Shown: positions 48,987-62,482, counted from the whole stretch's first letter. The stretch: DNA of 63,579 bases, filler included, from Collodictyon triciliatum (GCA_043381765.1; 4 parts of 3 records of this genome joined end to end with filler, not necessarily neighbours in it); one strand, 5' to 3'. Translations and numbers: made by a program. Notes: generated by a model not told the origin, from the letters alone.

Positions 48987-49829
48987 CCTGTTTGAAGCCT
49001 GATGGTCAGTGGAGCTGACGAGTGGATGACATATTATAAGAAAAAGAAAACAAACTTTGGATCGACTAAAGGGAAAAAAAATAAGAAAAAGAAAACGAAA
49101 TATTCAAGACAAGGTTTTATCTATCCCGTGTAAAGCAGCGAGTTAAGGAGTCGCTGTTAAAAAAAAAAAAAACAGGAAATAAGACAGGAGCCAGACTCAG
49201 GTTAATAAAAGGTTTGGCAGGAGCCTGTAACTTTCAGATTCGGCCCAGGCAAGTGACAAGTGGCGGGGCAGTAGAATGAAACTGGCTCTGCAGATTATTG
49301 AGCCACCAAATCGATCATACCATGAAAAAATACTGATGGATCAGAGCAATCAATTCCACTTTAGGTATTATTGATATTGCCATTGAATCTTGCAACGCTT
49401 CTATATGTAACATTAATGCAATATTAAAAGTATTAATATTTTGGCAGTTAAAATCAAACTATTGCCAGATTACAGGGCTTAATGATATGACACTATATTT
49501 TCCAATATTGTACAGTGCTCGAACCACATCACCAAGGCATCAATGATTTGATGTTTAATTGTTTCTGATGAAAGGTTTATTGTGGCCCGCGGATTGAAGG
49601 CGAGCTGCTCTCATATCCCGTTATATCGAGACGGGATGACTAGTTGTTTTGGACTCCAGACAGAAAGGTATCGATTGCGAAGGAAAATGAAGCAACGACA
49701 GGTTCTCTAATAATACATCACGAGAGAATAGAGGGAGAAGGTCGGATAAAGATAGAGTAAGGGGGAGGGAGAGGAAGCATGTCAAAGGAGAATAACCGAT
49801 AGGGGCAAAGACCAGCCTTCCATGACGTT

Positions 49830-50945
49830 TTACTGGGGCGCACTCGAAAAGCGAATGTACTTATCCAGTCGAACATCGTTCGTGACGATGTAGTCAAGGA
49901 CATAAAAGACATAGAGAAGTTGCGAGAACTGCTGAACCATGTGTTCACGGCGAAGGCGCAGCTTCATCAGTTCAAAAAAGACATCCACGCGCCGGTATGA
50001 TTCCCACTCGCTCCAACAATTGGCCAGGAGAATGAGCGTCCCTGTTCGCCCTACTCCTGCGCGGCAGTGGACCAAAGCGCGGTGATTACGCCCACTCCAC
50101 CGAAGGATGGCGGCCAGAGACAAAACCGCCTCTATAGAGTCTGGGCCAGGGGTGTCGTAGTCCTCCCAATCGTCATACCGATAAACGAAAACGGGGCGGG
50201 TTGAGCCAATCGTAATGGAGCCTTGTGCTAATTTCGGATCCGAACGACTGTGGCCGAATGACGGGCCGGCTAGTTGGTGGTACGAATTCACCGGGCTGGA
50301 GGAAAAAAGCGAGCTGCTGTCTCCAACATCGCTTGAGGAGGCGTCATCGTTCTGCTTTGTAAACGTGACCACTTGCCCTTTGGTATGTTGCGTGGCAACG
50401 TCGGGGTCCCAATACAAGGTGTCCACGATTGGACCCAGAGATATAATGCAAGAAACATTGTTTTCTTGCACGGATTGATACAAATCAGCAAGGTTCTGGG
50501 CCAATGGCCATTGCATGGCGCCGATGGATGGGGTTATCCAGCTTCCCATACAGTGGAGGTGGTTATAGCGAAAAGGAACAACATCATGAAAACGAAGGCG
50601 CTCATCTGATTTCTCCAGCAGAATCTGGTCTGGGGTGACATGCCCTTCTGTGGTGGGCAACTCAAGAGTACTGATGGAGGCAATGATGTGTTGGAACTGC
50701 GTGTCCTTGACACTTAACCGCGCGTTGACACTGTCAAAGAGTGCTTCTCCTTCTTGGTGGATGCTTTCCATACATTCACGTAGTTCTTCGCCAGCCTGGC
50801 AAACAAGGCTGTTAGGAAAACGAAGAGAGTAGAACTCTAAGATATCCTTTGATATGCGCTTTTTGAACTCGACGGGGATCGGTTTGGAAGGCAGTTCCAT
50901 ATCCCACCGAGCAAGATTCTCAGTGTAGTAGGGCTCCACTTTAGT
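49830..50945 (-). CDS. Classical-type protein tyrosine phosphatase; large terminal exon, upstream exons (~51095-52200) unresolved
   Basis: Signature VHCRAGVGRTG, RFHDVVPF (pTyr loop), AMQWP, WED in place of WPD, and LRLRREHMVQQFSQ (Q-loop). An acceptor AG lies just upstream of the ORF. Confidence 0.88.
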   Translation of the reverse strand, partial: TKVEPYYTENLARWDMELPSKPIPVEFKKRISKDILEFYSLRFPNSLVCQAGEELRECMESIHQEGEALFDSVNARLSVKDTQFQHIIASISTLELPTTEGHVTPDQILLEKSDERLRFHDVVPFRYNHLHCMGSWITPSIGAMQWPLAQNLADLYQSVQENNVSCIISLGPIVDTLYWDPDVATQHTKGQVVTFTKQNDDASSSDVGDSSSLFSSSPVNSYHQLAGPSFGHSRSDPKLAQGSITIGSTRPVFVYRYDDWEDYDTPGPDSIEAVLSLAAILRWSGRNHRALVHCRAGVGRTGTLILLANCWSEWESYRRVDVFFELMKLRLRREHMVQQFSQLLYVFYVLDYIVTNDVRLDKYIRFSSAPQ

Positions 50946-53537
50946 CTATTAATCGTAGTTATTAACAAAGCGCTTGATTACTCAACATATCTGCTTCTTT
51001 ATTTTTTTTGTCCTTGTGTCATTCATGTGCACAGGTGTCTCTTCTTTCTTTTTCTTTTTGATCAGAAATCAATGACATAAGCAAAATGGACTTACCGACT
51101 CACACATTAACGGGGAAGTATGTTGAGGAACTGCAAAGGAGAAGTGGCTGCTCAACGGAAAACAGGATACTATCAGGTTTGGTGTGGATGAAGATACAGG
51201 ATATTGAGACAATTCTTGTGACAGATGGCGCAGGGAGATACCTATAATAGTAAATACATCAGATTGGGATACAGTAAAAAAATAATCTTCATCTCGTCGA
51301 AACGTAGGTGATCTCTTAAATTTGCTTTGTTTCTTTAATTGAGCAAGTAATGCCAAATAAAGGGTGCATAAAAATTGAAATTAAAGAAAGAAAAAGAAAG
51401 AAAAAGAAAGAAAAAGAAAGAAAACAAATGGGGTTATTGAAGTCTTGCGAGACGAAATCAACACCCTGACATCAACTATTTGAAGCGAATATAATGTCAA
51501 CATGTAATTGTTTATCATCGTCTTATTAAAGGGGAAAAAATAGTAATGTAAAACGCTGAAAATACTCCTGACTGTCTGATAGGAATGAAAACATGGAAAA
51601 TCTCTGCTATGATTGCACCAAGCAAAGGGCTCCCAATGAGAAGACGCCAGTAAAAATTGGTCTTTTTCAGAGTCGGCATTTTTCTTTATCATAAAAACAT
51701 ACATATTATAATGATAGGGTATTGTTTGGCACTGCATCAAGAAAAAGACCAATGGAGACACCTTGCAATGGATTGAACATCTTTGGGGTACGTGTTGTGC
51801 AGAAGCGAGTCATACGTAAGTCTGGTGCAGTTTCTAAAAATGCGACAGCCTCGGTAATAATGGTCTCCTATTGACAGTAAACTACCTAGTGAGTGCGTGA
51901 ATAAGCAAGCCTTGCCACGAAATATGCCTGTCGAAAGAAAGAGCATATGCAATCGCAGCCCATTGTTTGCCTCTTGGGCGTAGGAGATAGTCCTGTCTTT
52001 AATGGCCTCGTTTGAAATCAACCTTTTCTTTCTTTTTCTTCTAAGCAGGAACTAGCCGAGAGTAGTGTTTGTACTGATGACTGACGGCTAATCGTCTGAT
52101 TGCATGATGCTTTTGCTTCGAGCACAGCCAGATACTCTGCTTCAAATCGGTCCGCCTTTATACGAGCAAAGAATTGTTCCACAGACAGACAGCAACAGGA
52201 AATAAAGTAAAAAAAGAAGAGAAAAAAACCGTTGAATTTCCGCGAAAGAAAAGAGGATTCGTGCGAGGAACATTGTGGCAAACAGAATCCAAAGCAAACA
52301 AAGGTGACCTTCCAAGGCGATTAGTTTTCTCTTTTGTTTTTCTCATTCCTTTGATTGAGGTTGCCAAAGGTGTTCATCCAGTCCTCTTCCGAGAAGAATT
52401 CCGAGTGTGCATAATCTCAGAATCCAACGCAGCAACAGATTCTGTTCCTCGAATCACCCTTCGCTATTGCCGCCAACTCGACGATTCGTCGAACAACCAC
52501 AGGGTGCATTCATAATAATCGAAATTGGGGAGATAATGGAGAAGAAAAAAAGAAGAAAAAGAAAAAAAAGGAAGCCGTATGTTTATATTAAGAATAGGGA
52601 TATAGAAAATATAAAAAAAAAACTGAGAAAAATACAGTAACTGATTAAAAAAGAAAGAAAAAAGAATGACACCTAATTAGACAGAAGGCTTGATTGAACA
52701 ATGCTGATTTCACTGGCGCAACTGATGCGATTGATTTCTTATCACCCACGAAGAAAGCTTTGTGTGATGATTGTGATTGTGATGAAACCGCACTGCGACG
52801 TGTCTCTCAGGCTCTCGCAATCACCCACAATCACAGAGCGAAGGCCGCGCTTTTCCAGATTCTCTCGAGGCGCCTGCGTCGTTCGCCGGCGACCCTTTCG
52901 CTGAATCTTGGACTTGCCTTGCGCCGGGTCGCCTCCCGGAATTCTTCGCGGAAAACCTGTGGTGTGCACAATCCCATCCTAATTAGGATGATATTCGTTA
53001 ATGAAGGGTACAATTACTACCCGCTGACGGAGTTATATCTGTATTTTTTTTTCTAGTTTGCTATCTCGGAAAACTTCGGGTCTTGTCAACCATTCTCTTA
53101 TTTTATTCGATTACGAATTAGTTCAGTTGGCTGTTTTAGAGGCGGAATGAGTTCAAGAAAAGAGGAAAGCTCTGTTGATTGATCTTCATAAACGTCGTTT
53201 AATGCTGTCCAGAGTAAAGTAAATGAGGAGGAGTAGACCGACAGGTAAGATAAGAAAAATAAACACAAGGCAATAAATTAACAACATCGCAAATAGACCA
53301 GGCGACACAGGCGATTGTTTCTCTCGTCTAGGCTGGTACTCCAGGCAGGGGAAGGTTGCCTGTTGGTGGCGCTTCTTCCTCTGAGCTGGTGTTGAGATTC
53401 CTACACGCAACAATTTCAACGGATTTTCATCAGGTCTCTTAGCCCTTTTGAAATTGATAAGTAATCGAAGATTAAATGATAAAGAAGAAAAGAAGAAAAA
53501 AAGAAACGAAAAGCAGAGAACGAAAATAGATTTGTTT

Positions 53538-56500
53538 TCAGCAAGAAATGACATACGCGTTTTCGTTAGCACCTCCACGAGGCACAGAGTTCTCCAAGTA
53601 GCTCGCCGTTGCTTTTGGTAGGGAATCCGAGAACCGAAGTTGGGCTGGCATCGACTTTTCTGTCAACTTTGCTGCTGTATCGGTAAAGTCAGCAGCTTGG
53701 GAGAGAACCGGGGCGGTTGGCATTAATGGGGCCAGTAAAGTCTTTGGGAGGACAACCTTCTGCGCGAGCGCTTTACTCAAAATATTGGCCTTCTGGTCGG
53801 ACGGCGAATGATCGAGAATCGGCTTGAGTCTGGGTGGGTGTGGTAATGAGTGTGCGTTTGGTTGGGCAGAGCTCTGCCCCATAGGAACAACAAGAGGAGG
53901 GAGTGCTGTGGAGCCACTTTGGGGCAGGTGCGCACTTGGCATAGCAGAATTGGGCTGCATCATATTTCCTTGTGAATTGGACTGTTCTGGACCCAGCACG
54001 CTTGATGGTGGGAAGAGTGTTGGTGTGTTTCCAGGAAGTGATTTCGGAATTAAGTCATAGAGTCGCAGTGGTGGAACCAAAGGCATATTGCCATCATTTC
54101 CTTGTCCTTGGTTGGAAACGTCAAACCCATTGATAGCTGGTGACGAGCAAGATATTTGATGCTGATTCCCTACAGATGCAGAAACTACTTGTAGCGAGTA
54201 TGGCATATTTGTGCTATTGACATCCGTAATCACTTGCCCGTGTTGATTGGTCCCGCCAAGGGTTTTCGAGAGACAAAAATGAGCAATAATATTCATCAGC
54301 TCTGATTGACGGTTGGTTTTATCGAAATGCCCATTTGCTCCGTATGACTCCAATGTGTCTTGTGAGTCCATTTCTTCGCAGCTCATAAAAAATAGAGGGG
54401 TTTGACATTTGGATAGGCCATAGGTGACCTCCACGTTTCTAATAGACTTACACGCTTCTATACCGTCACCAGGATTGGGCATCCTTTGGTCTAAAAGAAT
54501 AAAGTCATATCGGCCCGTCTCGGAAATAAGGCTTTCTCGAAACATAGCTACACATTCAGGTCCATTGTGAGCGAATTGCACAACATGTCCCTGTTCTTCT
54601 AGAAAAATTCGAAGGCTCTCTCTTATCATGTCGTTATCGTCGGCTATGAGAAATCGCAATGACAGTCTCTGTTCGTTTTGGTTTGGTACAATGTAGTTGG
54701 AATCTAACAGACTTCCGATGGAGTTTTGTAAAGTGTTTTGCTGCAGAGGTTTGAAAATACGGTCCGAATATAACTGATAAGATACGCTCTTGTCATCTAT
54801 AACACGATTGCTCAATAAGATAAACTGAAATCCCCCAAACAGTGTTCGAAGTTGCATTTTACTTAGCATGGGTATGTTGTTTTGGTCGTATTTTGTTCCT
54901 GCGATATGGTCTTTCTTTTCTTCATGGTTTAATCTCCCATGCATCGACGAATAATCATGGTTGATTCGCGACTCGTGGGCCAGAAGGGGGGCATTGTGGT
55001 TTTGTCGCACCAATGAAACGTCAGCCATTTCTATATTAAATTGTAAAAATTATGGTGTAAATCTATAATGCTCTGTTATTTATTTATTTTTTTATGTTTC
55101 GTAATATATAATCAGAATCATCTTCTATATTCTTGAAAATAAGGATACTATTTTTTAAGACAAAAACCTTGTGGTTTGGTATTGACTGTCCTCAAGTAGT
55201 AGTTTTCAGCAAACTTTCTGAATTTGTGATCGACAAAAACAACGCTGTATTGGTGACCATTTGTCTTTAAGTGCGTTATAGCCTCGTCATCGCTACTTAG
55301 CACCTCTGTGATAGTTACCCCAGTGCCTTGTTTGACGACTTGTCTAGTTAATTCTGACAAAGGCCCCTTCTCCATAATAAGAGCAGCGGTGCATGTATAG
55401 ATAGTAATGGCAGGAGGTACGGTGGCGATGGGATTCAGAGGTATGATAACAATAAAGGTTGAGCCGATTCCTAATTCACTCTCAACCTCGATTGTGCCTT
55501 GCAGAAGGGTCACTTGTTGTCTAGATGAGAAAGAAAGAAAGGAAAGGAGACCGAGCATAACTACATGATAGCACTTATACAACTTCGGTGTGATTCAAAA
55601 TTTACATAGACTCAATTTTTTAAAGCAAAAAATAATAATAATAATTACTTGACACTAGTCAGACCAAGTCCAACACCATCGTTTTTATTTGCTGTTCGGT
55701 CACTAAGCTCTCCTTGATTCCATGGTTGGAAAATACGATGCTTGGTTTCGCGAGACATTCCAACCCCATTATCAATAATTCTAAATTCAACTTGTCCATT
55801 CTAGATATTAAATATATTGATTTTTTTTCAAAATAAACAGAAACTACAAATCTTACTCAATAAGGAGAAAATTATAGGAAGCTGACGAAAATAGCTCAGA
55901 AACGGACAAAAACAAAGACAAATAGCAAAGAAAAAAAAAACCTATTTGAATGTAATACTTTGACTAGCAATTAAAATAATAAGATAGGATTTTGGAACTG
56001 TACATTTGCGTAGCCAGCTGTCACAATGACGTATCCTTTGTTTGTAAATTTGATTGCGTTGATGACCAAGTTAACCAAAATGCGTTTTATTCGTCCTTGG
56101 TCGCCAACATACTTTACATGTAGATATGGGTCAACTCTGGACATCAGTTGGATATCTCTTTGGAGGGCATAGCATGACAATATCTGCACCACGTCTTCCA
56201 CTAACCTATTGAGGTACGAGTTATATAATATTCCAAAGAAAGCATTGAATTATTATTAGGAGAGTTTTCATTTGCTATACACCTTTCTGTTTTACAGGAA
56301 GTTGAGTAAATACAGAGGTAGCTTCTTGAAATAATCGGAGAGAAAAGGTATTGAGGAATGATGTGTTTCCATACATTAAAAAAAAAAAACGCTAGTTGTA
56401 ATGGAATATACATAAACTCACTCTGCGATGTTGAACGGCGATGAATAAACTTTCAATGTATGTGTCTTTGACTTAAGAGTATCCAGAGTATCACGTAATT

Positions 56501-58046
56501 GATATTCAAGCATCAAAGTTGAACAACTCAAAACATCAGTCACGTATGACATTCCTGTCCTTTTGCGAAGAGATAGAGTAGCCGTGTTGATACAAGATAC
56601 CTGTAGCAATAATTTCAATAAAAAAATTCGACTAAATATACCTATATATTATTGTTGTTTTTTTAGAATAGAAGTATGATCGACAGTGCACATACGATCA
56701 CAATTGCAATTACTATTACTATTATCATTATTGGTATTGCAATGCCGCACAAGGACTTTAAGGGTATGTGATGTGAAATGCAGGAGACAAACATAGTTGA
56801 GCATGTCGTGGCTTCCATATGCGACTGACTGCTTGTTAGTGCGAGTTGATTGACGGAGTTGATTGATTCTGATTCCCCGCTTTATTGAATCCACTTCAGA
56901 AGATAAGTTTTGTAAATGGATGATAGAGTGAATACCACATATGTCAATTTTATCGATATACACCATCGACCAGAAGTCGTCCTTACTAGAATTCATCCCA
57001 ACACCAAGGCATACTTCAGCCGAGGTCTTCGAATGCAGTTCATCCCAATTGAACTTGCACTGAATGAAATCCATCAGGTAGTAATTATTTTCGGGGTTGA
57101 TAGAGAAATATCTTTGAAAGGATTCATTCCATTCAACTAGCTTCAGAGTGCCGCTGTAGATACCAACAGGGACATTCCTTGAATATATGACAGAATAGTG
57201 GTCCTTTTCTGTGCCATACCTTACATAAACCATGAGCAGATTAGCAATAAATATGGATGACATAGCAAGAATAAGGTAGGAGGCCGATCCAAAATTCCAA
57301 CCAGGGAAGAATGTAAACAAGGCCGCAACTCCAACGCTTACAAAGCCTTGTAAGCATATTGACCGGAAGGACGTCCTGTTTGCAATGTTACTGAGTATAG
57401 CAGGTATCCCATACAATGCAGAGTACTCATGAGAGATGGCTGTGACATCAGGTCCGTAGGCAATGACCTCTGCAAAGAATACCATCATGGCCATATATGG
57501 GAGAGCAACACCTACCCGGCGAGATAGGTTTGTTCGAGAGGCCAGGTATAATAGAAACTCGGGAGTAAGTAAGGCTATTTCGATGTACATCGAAACGTGG
57601 TTTGGATACAAATTGAGGCTAAGCGAGATGCAATGCCAAAGTATGTGGCAAGAAATGATGACAGTGAGCAGAATGGAACGATGGGCCTCTTTGGGTCGCA
57701 ATGGCTCCAGTGGGGCAAAGAGCTTATGGAAGGCATATTTGAGCCCCAAGTTTCGAAGCTCAAACGTTGCTTTTAACAGAGGCGGCTCTACGATGTGGAT
57801 GGAGGTATTGCAGGAAGTGTCTTGCTGCAGGCGGTGAACACCGATCTGGTTGATGATATCATATTCTTCTACAAAAACATCCTCTGCATTTGCCGTGCTG
57901 GCCATAGATCGTGGGCTGGTCCCCAGAGCTTCTGCTCCGCGTTGGATCTGAAGAAGCTGGGCGGTTCGCGGCGTGATGCCTGGGCCTGAGCTGCGGCCAG
58001 TCGAGGCGCCAAAGGAACGGATATTGGAGCGTGTAGTTTGACTCAT
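53538..58046 (-). CDS. Membrane-bound hybrid sensor histidine kinase (TM, PAS-like, HisKA, HATPase_c, pseudo-receiver, receiver)
   Basis: H-box SHDMLNY; N-box RILVNLVINAIKFT; G1 IIDNGVGM; F-box RIFQPW; G2 GVGLGL; GTIEVESELGIGSTF. Receiver: FLIADDND...FILLDQRMP...DG...FDK. Several N-terminal hydrophobic helices. Confidence 0.9.
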
Positions 58047-58701
58047 AGCGAGTGGGGGAAGTGCCCAAAGGCGTTGGGCAAGTAGGTTGGAAGGAGAAAA
58101 AGGATGCTGTACCTTGTTATTGTGGCAAATGCTTTGACTTTTTGCTTCCTTCCCTGTTCCTGGGTAAGTTGATTTGAATTGTGGTGAATCGAAGGCAAAA
58201 CGAGAAAATAAGGTTGTTGTTTGGGAATATTCAAGATGAGTCCTATCATTTATTTATTTTTCTGGCGTGGATGAACGTCACATGGTGCAAATAGGCCAGT
58301 AATGGTTTTTTTCTTTTCTTTTTTCTTTTTCACCCATGTTTCAGATTGTGATAGTCAGTTATTATTTGTGGCAGTAGCGGGGCAGATGAAGCGTCTCTTT
58401 GCTCTTGCCCCAGGTTCTGTTGAGTATCACAAACGCCGCCAAGAGGCCCCCCAAACCTTGGCTTCGAGACAAGGCTCGCATCAAGGAGGGCGCAAAGGAC
58501 GCGCTTTACCCTCGAAAGGGCGTTGCGGATTGGTCGCGCGAATGGTGGAAACGACTTACAATGATTGGGTCTGTGTTTGCCGTGATCTGTGATGTTTGCG
58601 GAGAGATGCAGAGCCTGATGACCATTTGTGGAGATGGCGCAGGGCGCGGTTGTATTCCAGGTTTGGATAATTAGTTGACATTCAGTGCAGCCAAATCTGC
58701 T

Positions 58702-60600
58702 TTATTTGCGATTGACCGAAAGGACGATAGCTGTCCGAGCTTGTGGGCTGTGCTTATTATGGTGTGTGGACATCGGCTCCATCTCAATCTGGTTGGGTGC
58801 GTAGGATGCAGCAGAAAGATAAGAGAAAAGAAAGGATGTGTACGTAAATGAAAAAATTGGTGAATTCAAAGAGAGACGATAGTTTGCTCATTTTAAGGAT
58901 TGGCTGCCTGAGAAGACAAGGAATCTTTGAAAACTATTCAAATACCTGGAGACTCAGCAAATCGGCGGTGGACTCGAACACAGGCAGAATGTTGCTTCTT
59001 ACTATACGAGTTGAAAAAAGGATTTTATTTCTTTTTGCTAAAAAAAAAAAATGGAAAGTTTAAAAAAATGCGATTACACGCTCTTGATGGCTTAATATCT
59101 TAATGGACAGGGGAAAAAATGATGATTCGGGCTATGAACTGCAAATATTAGTGAGATATCTTTCGTGGGGGAAGAAAAAAAAACATACCGACAAGTGCCA
59201 ACAAGCAGATGGATTGCGGGCATGTTTTTAGAAATTCTAGAATTGTTTCAAATAGTGGCCGAACGGCTTCCACTTGATAGCTTATAGTGAGTGGTTCATA
59301 TCATATTTTTTTTTTCATCGCAAGATAGAGTAAAATTATATTTTTCTTGGATTGAACGACTCATAGTGCCAATATACAATAAAAAAAAATAATAAAAATC
59401 ATAAAACACAGATAGATTATTGTTTAATGGTTCAAAGATGAAAAGAATGCAGCTCCTACACCAAATCAGATCCCATCAGAATATCAAATTTTCCATGCTT
59501 TGAGATAATGTCGTGCAAGTGGTGATGATTCCCCCATTCCAGCCTTTCCACACCTACTTTCCCCACGTTCTCATCTAGTTCATATAAAAAGCAACATTTT
59601 CAGTGACGATTTTATGCAATTAGATAAGAACACCGCTGATATATGATTTCTAAAATAAGTGAGAATATTGCATTGGCTGTGTTCTTAAGAATATAATTAA
59701 AAAAAACCCCTAACTGAAAAAATTTAAAGATTTGTTCTCTTCCAGGAGCTCCAAAACTTGGTCATCCACATCAGTGAGGACTGTTTTATTTGAGTAATAT
59801 GCGCATACAAAACCGCTGATTCCTATTATCATTATCGTAAACGATGTATAAAATTTTGGTTATTATGTTGTTTGTTTTTTGTTTTAAAAAATGGTATGGC
59901 GTGGCTTAATAATGATGATAAAAATATATTAAGAGTATTACCCCTTCTTTTATTCTAATTCATTTTTTTCGTATTGTTTGTAATTCCTTTATTCTTTTTC
60001 TTTACACTTAAATTAATTGAATGCATAGTGTTACGTTTTCTATTATCACTGGTTTGAATTAAAGTATCTACCTATTCCACTTCCCAGTTCCAAGACACTT
60101 TTCCCCTATATATGAGACCTCATTGAAAACTTTCCGATAAAGGCAACCATGTTACAATCGTGAAAGAAAATGAAAAGGCTCATGACAGAATAAAGAATAA
60201 CGAATGAGTTTTGTTGGGCGAAAGAAAGTTTTTGAAATACCTTGAACTTTTCTTTGTTTGAAATGACATAATTTGCCAATGCTGTTGCCGCTGGCCAAGG
60301 TAAAAGACCAGTGACTTGCTGAATATGCTGACAGGCAGACCTAGCCAACAGGAAGGGGTCACTATAGTCTGGTTTACATTCAATTCTGAAGTAACCAAGA
60401 TAAGGGGCATGCCAAGGAGACAAAGGCTAAAACATGATGAGATCGTAAAAGGTATGTCCGGGGTATGGGGGATACCGAGTAAAAGAGAGTCACAAATTAT
60501 ACTTTAAGTTTGAAGACAACATTTGAGAGGAAAGAGACTTACTCTTGTGCTTTGAGCTTGAGGGTCAGGTCTTCAAAAGTGTAAGAATGGATCTCGAATC
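58702..60600 (-). CDS. Methyltransf_16 (METTL21/EEF2KMT-like) protein lysine methyltransferase; 5' end cut by scaffold end
   Basis: Exons TGLLPWPAATALANYV, GKSVLELGSGI|GISG, VLTDVDDQVLELLEEN, LEWGN, FDILMGSDLV|Y; stop TAA at 58702-58704. Confidence 0.85.
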
Positions 60601-60680
60601 TACGCAAGAGAATGGAAAGGAATAAGTTGTTGCAGTGGCAGTCTCTATTGTTGTTATTTTTTCTTTTCTTTTTTTTTTTT

Positions 60681-60780
60681 NNNNNNNNNNNNNNNNNNNN
60701 NNNNNNNNNNNNNNNNNNNNNNNNTTAATTAATTAANNNNNNNNNNNNNNNNNNNNNNNNNNNNNNNNNNNNNNNNNNNN
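60681..60780. other. Artificial scaffold-joining spacer (N44-TTAATTAATTAA-N44)
   Basis: Same construct as at 11558-11657. Confidence 0.95.
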
Positions 60781-60844
60781 GGAAACTACTTTCATTCATC
60801 TTTCATTCTTTTTCTTCTTCTTTCCTTCCTTCCTTCCTTCCTTC

Positions 60845-60912
<68 letters not shown>

Positions 60913-61014
60913 TTTCTTCTTTCTTCTTTCTTCTTCCGTCCAAAGTAATAAGACCTGCTTTCCTGCCTCCACCGCAGCTTTTCCAGCCAGCCTAAAGAAC
61001 AGCCCGAAAAAAAA

Positions 61015-62482
61015 ATGCTCTTTGGCCTTGCGCGACGCGGACTCCAGCAATACGCCGAGCTTCTCGCCCGCCGGCCTTACGCGACTCAGATGGCCACCGG
61101 CGGCGCTCTTTGGGCTGTGGGCGATGGTCTCTCGCAGTCGCTGACCAGTTCGCAGCCGTTCGACGCAGCCCGTCTGATGCGGATGGGTGCGTACGGCACC
61201 TGCGTTGCCGGGCCGCTGTATTGCTGGTGGTACGCATTTCTGGTGCGTTTTCTTTTGTTTCTTTTAATCTTTTCTTTCGTGTCCTCTCTTCTAATTAATA
61301 TTTTATTTTTCTTTTCGGCTTCTTTTCATCACTTATTTTCCCCTTTATTTTATTTCTTTTAGTATTTTCTTTTCTTTAATCATCGCTTCTCCTTTGTCTT
61401 GCCTTGTTCTTTTCATCTTCTTTCTCTTTCCTTTTGTTTCTGTTAGTATTTTTCTCTCTCTTATCTTGCGCTCTCACATTTCTTTTTCTTTTTAATATTT
61501 TCTTTTTCTTTTCTGCTTCTTTTTTTTGTTTCTTTTAATTTTCCCCCTTTATTTTGTTTCTTTTAGTATTTTCTTTCCCTTTCCCTATTTACTTTCGTCT
61601 ATATTCCTTTTATTTCCTTCCTATTGTTACTTTTAGTTTTTTCTTTTAATACTTCTCTTTTTCTTTATCTTTCCTTTTGTTTGATTTATTATTTTCTTTT
61701 CCTTTCTCATTGCTTTCCCCATATTCACGATTTTTTCTTTATACTCAATATATATTTTTATTTTCAATACCGCTTTCTCTTCTTCATTCACTCCAATAGG
61801 ACAGAAAAACATTGTATATGAAGTCCACAGGTTGGTCTCGATATATTGCTGCTAAAATATTTGCGGACCAAGTGATTTTCGAGCCACCTCATCTAGCATT
61901 GTTCTTTACGTCAACAGGACTGCTGGGTAACTATAGCAACTCTGCCTACTAGAATACTTATTGTTTTATTAAGTAATATAAAGTCATATCACACATCTAA
62001 GACAATTGCACTTAGAGGGAATGTCCTTTCGTCAAATACAGCAGCAAATTGGAGATAATTTTACAGAAACTTACATATGTGATTGCTTGATATGGCCCGT
62101 TGCCCAGGTTCGATGATTAAGTTATGAAAATATTTTTTTCTTTTACATACTTAAGTTTTTCTTTTTCACTAGGCCATAAATTTCCGATTTGTCCCAATCA
62201 CATACCAGGCAGTCGTGGTGAATTGCGTTTGTGTTGGGTAAATGAAAATCTTTTCATCATATTTTCCACACAAAATATCATGCGAATAAAGTTAATATAT
62301 TGCTCTTTGACCTTTTCTCATTCTGTTTTCTTAGGCTTTGATTGTAACCAACTCCCATATATCAGATATGCAATCATTGAACGAATTATTTGGTCTCGTT
62401 TAGATGGAACGCATTTTTATCATACATACGACATCGCCAACATGAAAAAACGGCACTGACAGAGAAGGATGAGCCTGAGTAA
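61015..62482 (+). CDS. Mpv17/PMP22 family membrane protein, multi-exon
   Basis: YAELLARRPYATQMATGGALWAVGDGLSQ...DAARLMRM..YG...GPLYCWWYAFL|D..KIFADQVIFEP..|..IWPVAQ|AINFRFVP...VNCVCVG|WNAFLSY; stop at 62480-62482. Confidence 0.92.

Noticed and set aside
55141-55150. U12-type donor GTATCCTT on the minus strand
   Set aside because: It lies just beyond an in-frame stop, inside an intron that more plausibly starts at the upstream AAG|GTTTTT donor.
58702-62482. Divergent methyltransferase/Mpv17 pair sharing a promoter
   Set aside because: The two genes are separated by an artificial spacer, so the adjacency is not real.
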